A stretch of 64,000 nucleotides of DNA from a virus. The notes under the pieces are model-generated. The model saw nothing but the letters and a program-made list of their open reading frames with translations, ran no database searches and had not been told where the DNA came from. A program made the position numbers and the translations under genes. Position 1 is the stretch's first letter. Each line of letters opens with the position of its first letter. The DNA lies in the IMG/VR virus record IMGVR_UViG_3300025098_000014. One strand, given 5' to 3'. Shown here one piece after another: positions 46,401-57,100 of this stretch.

Positions 46401-49400
46401 TACCTTTGTTGAATACGGTTACGCGCTGAACATAAGGAGATCTGCTTGTGATCGCGATACCAGGAGCATACTTAAACGCATAACCCTGATTGCCAGCAGT
46501 ATCGAAATACATGTTAGCAATCGTGACATCCTCAACAACAGATCTGTCGTTCATCAAGAAGCAGTCCTTCTGCTTAGTAGCAACGGTAGGACAAATCTTG
46601 GTAGCACGGAGACCAGCACCCTTAACCGTTAATCCGGCAGGAACAATAAGTGGGAAGACTTCTTCATACTCACCAGCGGCGATATTCAATATATCGTTTA
46701 CGCCGATATTGGAGATCTGAGACAGAGCGTATGCAATCGTTCTGTATGGTCTCTCTGGTGTTCTACCGCGAGATGCATCACCATCATCAACACCGTTGGT
46801 TGATACGAACCATGTGTCCAACTTAGCATTGATTGTGGCAATACCAATCTGTGCAGGTTCGCGCCAGGTGATTGTGCCATCTGGATTAGTACTCAGCATG
46901 TGCTGAGTGTTCAGACCAACAACACCAGTGGAGTCATACAGTGAGGTAATGAAACCAGCTTGCACGAATGCAGAGGTTGCAATACCAACTGAGACAGTTG
47001 CATTCAGAATGTCTGCAACTTCAAAGTCAACCGTAGTGATGGTTGCTGCAGTACCAACAATGTCAGTAACTGCTAATCCAGTAATATTTGTTTGCTTCGC
47101 ATCTAGGGTCTCAATATCGACCGTGGTGATCGTAGCGTAGGTGCCAACCAGCGAGGTTACAACACCAGCAGTGATCTTAGCGTTAACGATATCGCCTTCT
47201 GTGGCATCAATCGTCGTGATAGTAGCAGCAGTACCGACAATATCGGTGACTGCCAATCCAGTAATATTTGTCTGTCTTGCATCGAGTACATCGATATCAG
47301 CAGTTGTGATTGTCGCATATGTACCGACTGTAGAATCAACAATCAGGTCATCAACACGAGCAACGCCATCGATATAAATGTCTTTCCACTCTTTAGTGGC
47401 ACTGCCAAGATCAAAGGTGTCATCATCGTCAGGAACGATGTCAGAGTCAACTTCACCAGTAAAGACGATGTTGTCTGTAGTAGAGTCACCAAGACCGATC
47501 GTGCCACCATTGAAGGTTACATTACCAGTAAAGGTTGTAGCTCCACCAACTCTGAGGTCACCAGTAATCTCAACATCGCCAATGGTGGCAGCAGTGCCAA
47601 CCAAACTTGTGATGATACCAGCAGTAATCTTAGCATTAACAATATCACCTTCTGTTGCATCAATCGTTGTGATTGTTGCAGCGGTGCCGACAATATCAGT
47701 GACGGCAAGACCAGTGATGTTTACATCCTTGGCATCAAGAGTTTCAATGTCAACTGTCGTGATAGTTGCATAAGTACCAACCTGACTAGTAATAATACCA
47801 GCAGTGATCTTAGCATCGAGGATGTCAGCAGCATCAAGATGTGCTGTACCATCAATATAAATGTCCTTCCACTCTCTATCAGTAGTACCAATATCCAGAG
47901 TACCATCGGCACTAGGAATAAACTTGAGGTTAGATTCCCAACCCTCTCTTGCCTGATCGTATATGAATTCTTTGTCAGTTGATCCCTTAAGGATGATACC
48001 GCCGTTATCGGCTGTAGCATCAGCATGTCCACCAGTAGAACTGAATCCAAGTTCAATGTTCTTATCGGTAATCTGAACAACCGTACTCTGAACAAAACTT
48101 GTAGTTCCGTTGACTGTCAGATCACCAACAACAGTAAGAGCTCCACCAACACGAACATCGTCTTGGAAGTTAGCATCTTGGAAGGTTACATATGTACCTG
48201 TCAGTGAGGTGATGATGCCTGTAGTAATCTTAGCGTCAAGTGCATCAAGATTAGCAAAATCACCAACGGTATATGTTAGACCATAACCAACAATAGATGT
48301 TACAACACCAGCAACAGTTTTGAGGGTGTTGATATCACCTTCATTAGAATCGAAGGTTGTGATCGTGGCATAGGTGCCAACCAGGGAGGTTACGACACCA
48401 GCGGTAATCTTCGCATTGACAATATCGCCTTCGGTAGCATCAATCGTCGTAATAGTAGCAGCAGTACCGACGATATCAGTAATGATACCTGCAGTGATCT
48501 TAGCTGCCTCAATGTCTGCATTTACGAAATCTACATTCGTAATAGTTGCTGCAGTACCAACAGTGTCAGTAATAATACCTGACTGAATCTTAGCATTGGT
48601 AATTGCAAAGTCAGTTGCTAAACCAGCAGTGACCTTGATATCCTCAACACCAATATCATTAGCATCAATTTGTGGAACAGATGTTACGCCAGCGATTACT
48701 GTGTTACCAGTGCCTTTGTCAACAATTACTACACCACCAACATCCAGCAACCCGAAGGGTCGTGTGGTTCCGATGCCGACATAACCAAGTTGGTTACCGT
48801 CGATCCAATTGATTGTAGAATTACCAATCGCAAGCTGATTGTCACTATCTCCGATAGCAACATTTCGCTCATAACCGATAATTACATTACCACTACCAAG
48901 AGTATCGTTACCAGCAGAGTAACCAATAGCAATGTTTCTGCTACCGTCTACACTGAATAATGTATATGGACCAATCGCAATGTTTTGTTTCTGCTGTCTA
49001 GTTCCTGTACCACCACCCAGGAAGCGACCATCCTTGCTGGTTACGCTACCTGTGAGAGTCTGGAAACCAAACGGCATGGTGAATGTATCACCAACTTCGT
49101 AACCATCGCCAGGGGCCACGATTTCGATGTTAGTAATCAGACCAGTAGAACCAGTCTGCAATCTAACTAAAAGTCCAACACCAGATCCACTGGTTTCTGT
49201 TACATCTTCAGTCTGATCATAATCTGCAACAGCAGTTTGATCGCCAATACTTACGCTGAGAGATACCCCATCAACAACAGGGAAAGTCTCACCATACATC
49301 GACTGGTTACCCAGAGCAATGTTCTCATCGTTGCCGGGAGAAGATAAGGCAAAACCTACCTTATCACCAATCATCAGGTTCTTAGTACCTTGCAGTCTAT

Positions 49401-50244
49401 AACCTGCAAAGTTACCCATGACGATGTTAGATTCTAACTCGTCACTGCTGGAAAGAATACCAGCATATTGCATTGCGCTGGCACCAATCGCAATATTGCG
49501 ACGGTTAAGGACTGTTTGTCCAATACCAGCACCGGCAAAGTCACCAATAAAGATGGAAGAGTCAGCACTGCTAAGACCTACAGCAGCATCACGACCAACT
49601 CTAATAACATCATTAGAGAATGTAATATTACTGAAGGATGATACCCCAGTAATTTCTACATTATTTGCAGTAAGTGCATGCCCTACATTTACTTCGTAGT
49701 AGTCAGCATTTGTACCACTAAGAGTAGTTACAACACCCGCAATTGCACGGAAATCAGTTACACCTAGGGTAGAGAATCCAGCAGCACCAACATCTAATGT
49801 GGCAGCAGTTGCAACACCAGATATATTCCAGTTTCTAGCATTAGCCTCGTCATAAACGAGGTCTCCTGTTACATTAAGGTTTCCGCCAACATTAAAGTCG
49901 CCAGCGACTGTACCAATACCAGATGTAAAGAAGTCATCGACAACTGTCCAAGAATCAACTCTTCCTTGAGAATCAAGGATAAGAACTTTAGATGCTTGAG
50001 GTTTGCCGTAATCAGCAGGGTTGTCATTAAAAAGACTGGTGTAGTATTCACCACCAATAGGAATTGGTGCTGAACCAGGACCAGCAGGGTTACCAATATA
50101 TAATTTTTTGTAAGACTTACCAGCACCAACATCGCTGGTATCGTATGCATATACAAGTTCGCCAAACGATACGCCAGTACCAACTGGAGATATATTCGGC
50201 GGGGAGGTTCCAAGTGTCCTTTTTAAGAGAATCGTTGCGGACAT
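43462..50244 (-). CDS. Large tail-fibre-like virion protein (2260 aa) with beta-repeats and a LamG/ConA-like domain
   Basis: GELVY head motif; N.AIG..A repeats; about 30-aa TAG..T..VGT.ATITT.D repeats; FTIEFW...WKHYAL...GWIDDFRI LamG-like segment; ends IDGGTF. Confidence 0.8.
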   Translation of the reverse strand: MSATILLKRTLGTSPPNISPVGTGVSFGELVYAYDTSDVGAGKSYKKLYIGNPAGPGSAPIPIGGEYYTSLFNDNPADYGKPQASKVLILDSQGRVDSWTVVDDFFTSGIGTVAGDFNVGGNLNVTGDLVYDEANARNWNISGVATAATLDVGAAGFSTLGVTDFRAIAGVVTTLSGTNADYYEVNVGHALTANNVEITGVSSFSNITFSNDVIRVGRDAAVGLSSADSSIFIGDFAGAGIGQTVLNRRNIAIGASAMQYAGILSSSDELESNIVMGNFAGYRLQGTKNLMIGDKVGFALSSPGNDENIALGNQSMYGETFPVVDGVSLSVSIGDQTAVADYDQTEDVTETSGSGVGLLVRLQTGSTGLITNIEIVAPGDGYEVGDTFTMPFGFQTLTGSVTSKDGRFLGGGTGTRQQKQNIAIGPYTLFSVDGSRNIAIGYSAGNDTLGSGNVIIGYERNVAIGDSDNQLAIGNSTINWIDGNQLGYVGIGTTRPFGLLDVGGVVIVDKGTGNTVIAGVTSVPQIDANDIGVEDIKVTAGLATDFAITNAKIQSGIITDTVGTAATITNVDFVNADIEAAKITAGIITDIVGTAATITTIDATEGDIVNAKITAGVVTSLVGTYATITTFDSNEGDINTLKTVAGVVTSIVGYGLTYTVGDFANLDALDAKITTGIITSLTGTYVTFQDANFQDDVRVGGALTVVGDLTVNGTTSFVQSTVVQITDKNIELGFSSTGGHADATADNGGIILKGSTDKEFIYDQAREGWESNLKFIPSADGTLDIGTTDREWKDIYIDGTAHLDAADILDAKITAGIITSQVGTYATITTVDIETLDAKDVNITGLAVTDIVGTAATITTIDATEGDIVNAKITAGIITSLVGTAATIGDVEITGDLRVGGATTFTGNVTFNGGTIGLGDSTTDNIVFTGEVDSDIVPDDDDTFDLGSATKEWKDIYIDGVARVDDLIVDSTVGTYATITTADIDVLDARQTNITGLAVTDIVGTAATITTIDATEGDIVNAKITAGVVTSLVGTYATITTVDIETLDAKQTNITGLAVTDIVGTAATITTVDFEVADILNATVSVGIATSAFVQAGFITSLYDSTGVVGLNTQHMLSTNPDGTITWREPAQIGIATINAKLDTWFVSTNGVDDGDASRGRTPERPYRTIAYALSQISNIGVNDILNIAAGEYEEVFPLIVPAGLTVKGAGLRATKICPTVATKQKDCFLMNDRSVVEDVTIANMYFDTAGNQGYAFKYAPGIAITSRSPYVQRVTVFNKGSNTSASDPYGYGSADSAPSSYIAGGGAYIDGSEVASGSLEAAFLFNEVTFIVPNSKGLIMTNGARTEYLNCFSYFAAEAIKGTSGSLGISSAGETRLRLTGITTVGVGNTITVFDTDGTTGVATAVVASYDGTYIGVTGKQTGFELLNARTAKAVTFNDDAQLDTTVKKFGSASLALDGTNDSISVPSSGDIGFGTNIDFTIEFWAYANTTGLTSATLFDLRDNGTDAEGISIAYRAAGEVDMRVGTTTAITGSGAGIATGVWKHYALARDGTDTRLFVDGTQRGIKTSDTTDYGASKGIVIGADFDGASQNVTGWIDDFRIERGVAKYTANFTAPTAAHTGDKDTVLLLDFNGASGVTTTTDNVIRNQDIRITQSGGGIGTATKVILADYSEFGADMRSVGCAVEYGQKGVIADGDGVSLRMFALNFNHVGSGGDFTNDPNLAIQANEVTELNNGDVSFVSIDQRGDFRVGDAFFVDQENGTVSFSQQVTSLQALSSLQITDGTNSSTVTPTSGTFGNIQISGNNIESTSGDINIDPAGAGDINITGDVNVLGILTATTIQLDSFQKNDTSIALDDSGANGTIRFNTDNVEGMRLDANQKLGIGTAAPRQRLDVLDTAKFERLDVTGVSTFAERVDFNLSIDAVDAKITAGVVTSLVGTYATITTVDIETLDAKDVNITGLAVTDTVGTAATITTIDTESLDAFDAKLTGIAVTNAVFTGIASFKDDVKLHFGDDDDLSIYHDGNNSYIDDSGTGTLAIRSNQIELQKYTGETLANFTADGRVTLHYNNGIKLETLAIGASVRGVTQTGTIDVATDANIHSTLTVDQGTILTGIVTSSAGVEAININVSGILTTNNFRVTGVSTVADITIGAGSSSTKINTNSGELVLDSAAGQVTVQDNLSIIGYGTFRDGLYYRSDQGGLTGIGYSGPNGVAFFEADGRLVSGLSTVGFLTTSNYMLTTDENNIPIWSNSIDGGTF
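47020..48640 (-). repeat. Array of about 90-bp (30-aa) degenerate coding repeats in the fibre gene; a further block at about 44270-44480
   Basis: DIVGTAATITTIDATEGDIVNAKITAG recurs three times; EWKDIYIDG twice. Confidence 0.85.
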
Positions 50245-50456
50245 TAGAAGACACCTCCGTCAATGATGGCAGCAGGGAAATTTTTTGTTGTTTTGAAGGC
50301 GTTCGACGCCGCTTCATATACCAGGATTGAACCATCCTGTAAGTCTGATGCATCAACATCAGCAAGCAATGACAATCTACCGCCAGAGCCACCCCCAAGG
50401 GCACCACTGGCAATAACTTTTACTTGATTTGATGTGCCTATTCGTAATGATGGCAT
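50244..50456 (-). CDS. Small virion-associated protein
   Basis: LSLLADVD...GSILVY, ends IDGGVF like the fibre. Confidence 0.7.
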   Translation of the reverse strand: MPSLRIGTSNQVKVIASGALGGGSGGRLSLLADVDASDLQDGSILVYEAASNAFKTTKNFPAAIIDGGVF

Positions 50457-50794
50457 TACCTTGTTACTCCTGCTCTGACTAGGACCATTCCTTCAACAAC
50501 CTTATACTTGAATCCGCCAGAATCTTCAAGATTTACATCGTAAAAGTATCGCCCTGGCTTAATATCAGCTGTAAGCGTAGATGCCAGAGATATCTGGATC
50601 TGACCCTGTTCGGGATCGGTAACTGTGGACGCGAATGATACGGCAGTAGTACTTCCCGCCCACTTTCTCATTTGAGATGTGGCGGTATAGTTTGTTAGAT
50701 TCAAAAATGTGCCTGTGTCGTTATCTCCTAGACTAAAACCATGTTGAAAATCAACACCTGTATCGACTGAGAGATTAGCAATGTAAACTGCCAT
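50456..50794 (-). CDS. Virion structural protein (BppU-like Ig domain)
   Basis: NLTNYTATSQMRK, IKPGRYFYDV, VVEGMVLVRAGVT. Confidence 0.75.
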   Translation of the reverse strand: MAVYIANLSVDTGVDFQHGFSLGDNDTGTFLNLTNYTATSQMRKWAGSTTAVSFASTVTDPEQGQIQISLASTLTADIKPGRYFYDVNLEDSGGFKYKVVEGMVLVRAGVTR

Positions 50795-50817
50795 TCTTTA
50801 CATCACGGATTATCCTA

Positions 50818-50979
50818 TTAGGTATTTAGTTTCCTTAATTCCTGTAATACCTGTTGGAGGGTTAATTTAATTTCTAAAACATCTGTTTTCAGCATTTCCA
50901 TGTCAGTAGGAGGAATACTTTGAGTATCTTCGGAAGCAAATCCATGATACTTTAAAAACTCAGAGTGTGGATTTCTCAT
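50818..50979 (-). CDS. Small coiled-coil hypothetical protein (53 aa)
   Basis: Hand-translated MRNPHSEFLKYHGF...LQQVLQELRKLNT; ATGA overlap. Confidence 0.55.
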   Translation of the reverse strand: MRNPHSEFLKYHGFASEDTQSIPPTDMEMLKTDVLEIKLTLQQVLQELRKLNT

Positions 50980-51179
50980 AATTTATTCGCAATTTTAACT
51001 AACATAGATTTAATATCATCAATATCCTTTTTCATATCATCAAGTTCCTGCCTTTCATTTTTCTTGGCACTTTTCTCTCTTTGATAAGCATAATAAGCAG
51101 AGTCATCGCCGTTAACGATGGCTCCGGTATCAGAATCTCTCCAGAGATTAGAATGCCCTTCAACGGGAATTAAACTCAT
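50976..51179 (-). CDS. Hypothetical protein
   Basis: IPVEGHSNLWRDSDTGAIVN plus a coiled-coil C-terminus. Confidence 0.8.
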   Translation of the reverse strand: MSLIPVEGHSNLWRDSDTGAIVNGDDSAYYAYQREKSAKKNERQELDDMKKDIDDIKSMLVKIANKL

Positions 51180-54100
51180 GCTACAGCAATTACTCTCAAA
51201 TTCTTAATTACGGGATGTTTTGCTTGATTAGTTCCTGTGAATACAATTTTAATTTGTAATCCGTTGAAACTTGGCAGGTCATCTACAGAGTATGTATATT
51301 CCCTATATTGGGTCTCGTCAGCACCAACAAAGGAATCTGACATACCATCATTTTGGGTTGGATCAATTACTTGATCACCAATACCATCTCCATCAGTATC
51401 AAGAAGATTTCTAAATCCGGGGAACAATTCAAAATCAGGTGTTACCTCACTAGAGTCTGTTTTCATAATGCTATACAGAGCTCTAAATTCACACTCAATC
51501 GGTCTACGAGCTTCAAAAATAAGTTTGATTGAAGTTGCAGGATTCTTAGTATAGATCGGTTGCGACATATAATAAGAAGCATGGGGATCATTGAATCTGG
51601 ACTTAACTCTAGGATCAGTACGATAATCCAGAACAGGATTATTGAGTCTGTTCTCATAGAATAGTGCGTTAGCACCTTCAAGATTCACGGTAGGTGAATT
51701 AAATTTGTCTCCACTATTTGCAAGTTCGACTGTGAATGTAAATGACTTGTTTCTTGGTAATGATCCAAGTCTAGCTGACTCGTTAGTTCTAGCAGCAAGA
51801 AGTCTTGTTGTCTCAAGAATGTTATTTCTATTGAGGTTTAAATCTTCAAATCCCTGATCAAGGAAAGATGTCTCTGAACCGTCAGGAGAAGTACCTGTAA
51901 CACTTCTCATTTGTAGAGAAATGAAGTCTGTGGGTCCAAAGGTGGAAGCATCTAATAGTGGTCTTACAGCGTCAAATTGGATGTTTTTAGAAGCATGTAC
52001 TTGTTGACCACCACCAGCGGCTTCTTCTTGGAAAGATACCTGAGGAATGTTATTAGAGTTGTCATCAACAGATCTACTAGATCCTCTGTCAACTTTTAAA
52101 TAATATTCGTCAATACCTCTAAGAATGGTTTGCACATCATGCTCAGTATTAATTTTTCTTAAAGAAACCCCATTGTATTCATACTTGTTCACGATATCAT
52201 CTTTGAGATGATTCAATGCGTTCGAGTCATCTACACCCCTTACAACACCACCAAGACTTGAAACTCCAACAGTAGTGTAAGAAATAATTTCACTGTTAAT
52301 AAACGCATATCCAGTGTTTGCGGCACTAACTACAGCACCTTCAAATGTACTAAATTGTGTAGTTGATGCAACAGAGATAGAAGTTTCATTTGATGCTAAA
52401 TTTACGGACAATTCCGTAGGAATAACATCAGATTGGACATCTGAAAGAATTACCTTGTTCAAAGGACTATGCATACCATGATTACGATGAGATACTTTAA
52501 AGTATTCTCCAGTGTACACACTTCCGGTTGCATTAAAACTAGTAATATCTAAACCAGTTGCGATTATAGAACCTGAAGTATGGGAATAAGTAGCCTCATT
52601 TCCAGCTGAGGTATCAAAAGTTTCTGCTTGAACATCTGTGAGATACAGAGTATCGATACCATTAATAGAGTTAATCCCAATACGAACACCAGAACCAGAT
52701 CCACCAACATCTGCAGTTGTTAGTCCGATTACATCACCAACTTTGTACCCTCTACCAGAAGCAGCAACAGTAACTGCAGTAACAGCTGAGATGCCAGCAC
52801 CAATAGTGGTGTTTAAGGTAAGACCTTCTCCGTTACCATTAATATTGTATGTCGTTATTGGATTGGTGGGAGTGCCATAATTGGAACCACCTGTAAGAAT
52901 ACCGACTACTCCCGTTACAGGACCACCCTTATCTTCAATATATCCATAGCGATATGTAGAGGTTTGTTCACTAATCTTACGACCAGCAGTAAATACTGTG
53001 CCGATTAGCCCAGCATTTGTTGTTGTTACGATACCAAGTTTTCCTTTCTTAGGAATACCAATGATGGGATCAAAAGATAATGGGGGAAGAAAACCGTTAT
53101 TTGGTTCAACTGGTGGGTTGAAGAATGTTAATAGACCCTGCTCCGATGTATAATTCGCTCTGTATAGAGTGAATGTAAGGTCTTCAAACTGTGTGGGTGT
53201 CCAAGTTGCACCGTTTTGTGACTTGAACAATGAACCCATAGCAAATTGCTGAGAGTAAATTTTACCCTTAGCAGAAGGTAGTGACTGTGCATTCAGGGCT
53301 TTCTGACCCATTTCACCACAATATACCTCATACTCATCACTATCTGACAAGATAACAATGGCATAAGACTCGTCTGGATCTAAGTAGAATGGAGTGTCAA
53401 ATCTAACATTAGTTGCAACAGAACCATCTGCAGATGTTGTAATATCTGAAGGGCGAATAGTTGCCTGAGCAGCTCTATCAATAACAAACAGAGTTGGAGT
53501 ACCCAATTCAACTGTTCTAATTTCAATCCTTACGGGTGTTGTTCCTGCATTCTTAGTTGCAAAGAACAGATCAAGCGAGGTAATCCAAGCTCCTTCTGGT
53601 CCAGTCACAATCGTTTGTGCCAGCGGGTCTCTTCTTCTTACGCGGACAACACGAGTTCTATTAATAACTCTAGTACGGTTTCTAATGACCGTTCTAGTTC
53701 TATCAATAACTCTTGTATTATTGATGATTACTGGCGGTGGTGGTGGAGGAGGATTTGGAATTGTTCCTCTAATATCAATCGTAGAAAGATTGGTAATTGT
53801 GGTTGTTTCAAGTGTAGTAATTCTAATATCTGTTTGAACAACTCTTGTTGTACCAGTTGCGGTATAACGAGTGGTAGCATGAGAAATTAAAGTAGATCCT
53901 GGTGCTGGGTTTGCATTAGATTGACTAGATGTCAATCTAAAGTCTCTATTACCAGATCTAATTCTAACTTGAGGTGTGGGTGTCTGATTAGGATCTCTTA
54001 AGAAGATGGAACCAAATAGATCACCAAAGTCATCAGATACTAATCTTACCCCTGCTACACTCGCTTGTGCGCCACTTGTAAGACCTCTAATGACCATTCC

Positions 54101-57100
54101 AGTAGGAGCGAATCCGAAGAACGCTCCCTGCGCTTGAGCAGCAAGTGAAGTAACATCAATGTTTAAGACGGTAGATGCCTGAGAGTAACCGTTTGGAAGA
54201 GTAGATGAAGGATCGTAGGGATTTACAGTGTATGTTGTTGTGGGAGCATTGAACGGTCCAATCTTATGATTTGGAGCAGCCAATCTAAACTCAAAGGCTG
54301 TTGCACCAATAGTTCCTCTAATAGTTTCACCTATTTGGAAAGAACCAGAAACATTAGAGACTTCTAGCAACTTGGGAATAATATCAACCCCACCCTGGTT
54401 ATCAAAGAAAGGATAGAAATTAGTAAATGGTTTTAATCCAATTGCATTAAATTCAATATTTCTAGAACGGCAGAATGGATCAAAAGTTTCCTCTGCAATA
54501 AAAGTATTCTCAGATCTAATGTCATCTCTCTGTACAGTTCTACCAGTTTCTCTAGTAGTTACAGAAGCTGAACCTCCAAGAGCACCACCTCTAGTCAAAC
54601 TAAAGTTTGCAGCAACTTGGTTATTGAATACAGTAATACCAATAGTATTACGGATAGTATTTTGAGTCTCTCTAGTATTGATCCAATTATCAATAGAAGG
54701 GTTGAGTTTTAATTCGCCAGTGTATGCAACAACATGGAATGGATTAATGTTGTTTACTCTTGTAGCAAACTCTTGCTTAATATATTCAACTTCTTCATAT
54801 TTTAGGGACAATAGATTACCAGTCTTCTGAGTATTTCCATCATCAAGTAATAAGAAGTTAGTACTATAATCGATCTGAGATACTGGTAAGTCGGACTTAG
54901 CAGCAACCTGAAGTGCAGAAGACTCAAATTCTCGTAATGGTCTTAGTTCACCAAGGTCCCTATCAATCTCAGCTGGTGAACTGGGATGCATAAAATCAAA
55001 GGTCTTGAAGTTGTCAACAAAGAAACCAGATTTAAATCTTGTAAGACCTTGAGCATCTCTAATTTGTAGAGACTCTGCGCTCTTTTCTAAGAGGTTGAGG
55101 CTAGTAACTACTTCTAAGTTTTCGACTCTATCAGCAAGATCGCCAATATCTCTCATCGTATAACGACGATTATCCTTCAGATAAACTCTTGCTTCTTCAA
55201 CATCCTTAAGATACGCAGGAAGAAGAATTGTACCAATCTCCATTCCTGGTCCAGACACTACTGGGGGAATTGGTTGTCTAGCTGCCTTACCCTTTAATAA
55301 GTCAAAATTACCATCAGGGAGGAGAACTAACTTGTCAATTCTAGGTAGATAGAAATCATAATCGAAAGTCATTGACTCATTAGGAGTCAAGATTCTATCT
55401 GGTTTTCCTACGAAATCTCTAGAGGTATAGAAGAAAGGCGATTCCGAAGCAGAAGCTGGATTATATGTAGGAACTCTAGGTCTAAAGTCTAAAACATCTT
55501 GTGCCTCAATACGCCTCGGTCCAATCTGTGGAATATCATTTTTATATCTTTCTTCATCGTAACTATTAACCGTGAAGACATCTCCAGTATCTCCACTAGG
55601 TACATCATATCTGTTATGAATAATCAAAAGTTGTCTATGAGGAACATATGCACCTCTATTTCTTACTACTCTTGAATAATCATAGTATTGGTCTCTTTGA
55701 CCTTTATCTAGTAGATAACTGGAAGTAATATCTCTATACTTACCAGGAACAAATGCCTGTAAGACCGCAGTAGTGTTCGACTCTTCAAAAACTAGTGGTT
55801 CTAAAACAGAAAACTTATCGCCAGTAAGATAAACGATTGAAATTTCATTACTAGCTGCATCAATAGAAACTACTTTTGCAATTGCTTTGCTAGTAGTACC
55901 AGAAATGTTTTCTCCAATAATGGCACTAGTGAATACATCATCTGTAGATACAAATACTAACTTATCAAGTATAGGAGCAGAAGTATCTAATGACTCGTAG
56001 ATAGCGACAATATCTGTAGAATCTGGTTCATGCAAAGAAATGTCTCTGTCCTGAACTCTCAGTCCATACAATTCACTATGATTTAATCCATCATTTACAC
56101 TCGTGGCAGGATCGCTACCAGAGCTCCTATTTGACGATCTAGTGACTGAAACTTGCTGACATCTCTTAAATTCTTTTACTTTATTTTTAATATTAGCCTT
56201 AGTAACTGTGACATTAACTGTCATTCCAGTTTGTGAAGCATCGAGTCCAGTAATTGTAAGTTGTGTTGGACTTACTGTTACTTGATCCTCTTGAATTACA
56301 GCAATAGTTCCGTTAGAATATTGTGCTTGATATCTCTCTTCATCAAAAGCTGCAAATGATGCATCATCAAGATCTACAGAAGAAATAGGAAGAACTAATT
56401 GACCAAGTGCATTTGTAGACTCATTTTGAACTTGAGCAGAAAGAAAAAGAGATGATCCCGTAAAATCAACATTAGAAACATTGAGATCGGGAATAACCGT
56501 AATCAAAGATGCATTTTCCGTGCTATTATCTTGCTGACCAATTTTAATTTGACCAGTAAAAGTGGCCACCGAACCATCATATAGATTTGAAACCGTGGTC
56601 ATAGCACCAACGGTCATCGACTGCAAATCAGCAGCAATGGTAACGACAACATTTTCAACTTGAGTTTCTACACTACCAATTTTTCTAGTGTATCTAATAA
56701 TATCACCAGGCTTGAATCTTTGAAAACTATCGATCCTAGGTGCAGTTACTGTTGCAGTAGCACCTGCTTTAACCATACTAATCTCACCTGTTCCTAATCT
56801 AGGTGGAATTCTGTCAGTTAGTTTCTTATTAGCGACAAAACTGTTACCACTTTGAGCAAACGAGAAAACATCATTTATACCGTAAGCAGTAACTTCTTCA
56901 ATGGTTCTTGGAAGTTCATCAGTACCATTAACTAAGATAGTTTCTCCTCTTCGGAACGAACCCGAGGTTTGAGTAACTTGAATTGTACTACTACCAGCAC
57001 CTGCAGATACTGCAAATGCATTAGCACCACTTTCTTTACCGACAATAAACGCCGACTTAATAAGTTCAGTTGAGCTTACATTGTCACTTAGTTTTAGTGT

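Noticed and set aside
44270-48640. Diversity-generating retroelement or CRISPR-like array suggested by the repeats
   Set aside because: Repeats are in-frame coding units with synonymous differences, not adenine-specific; no reverse transcriptase, spacers or cas genes in the window
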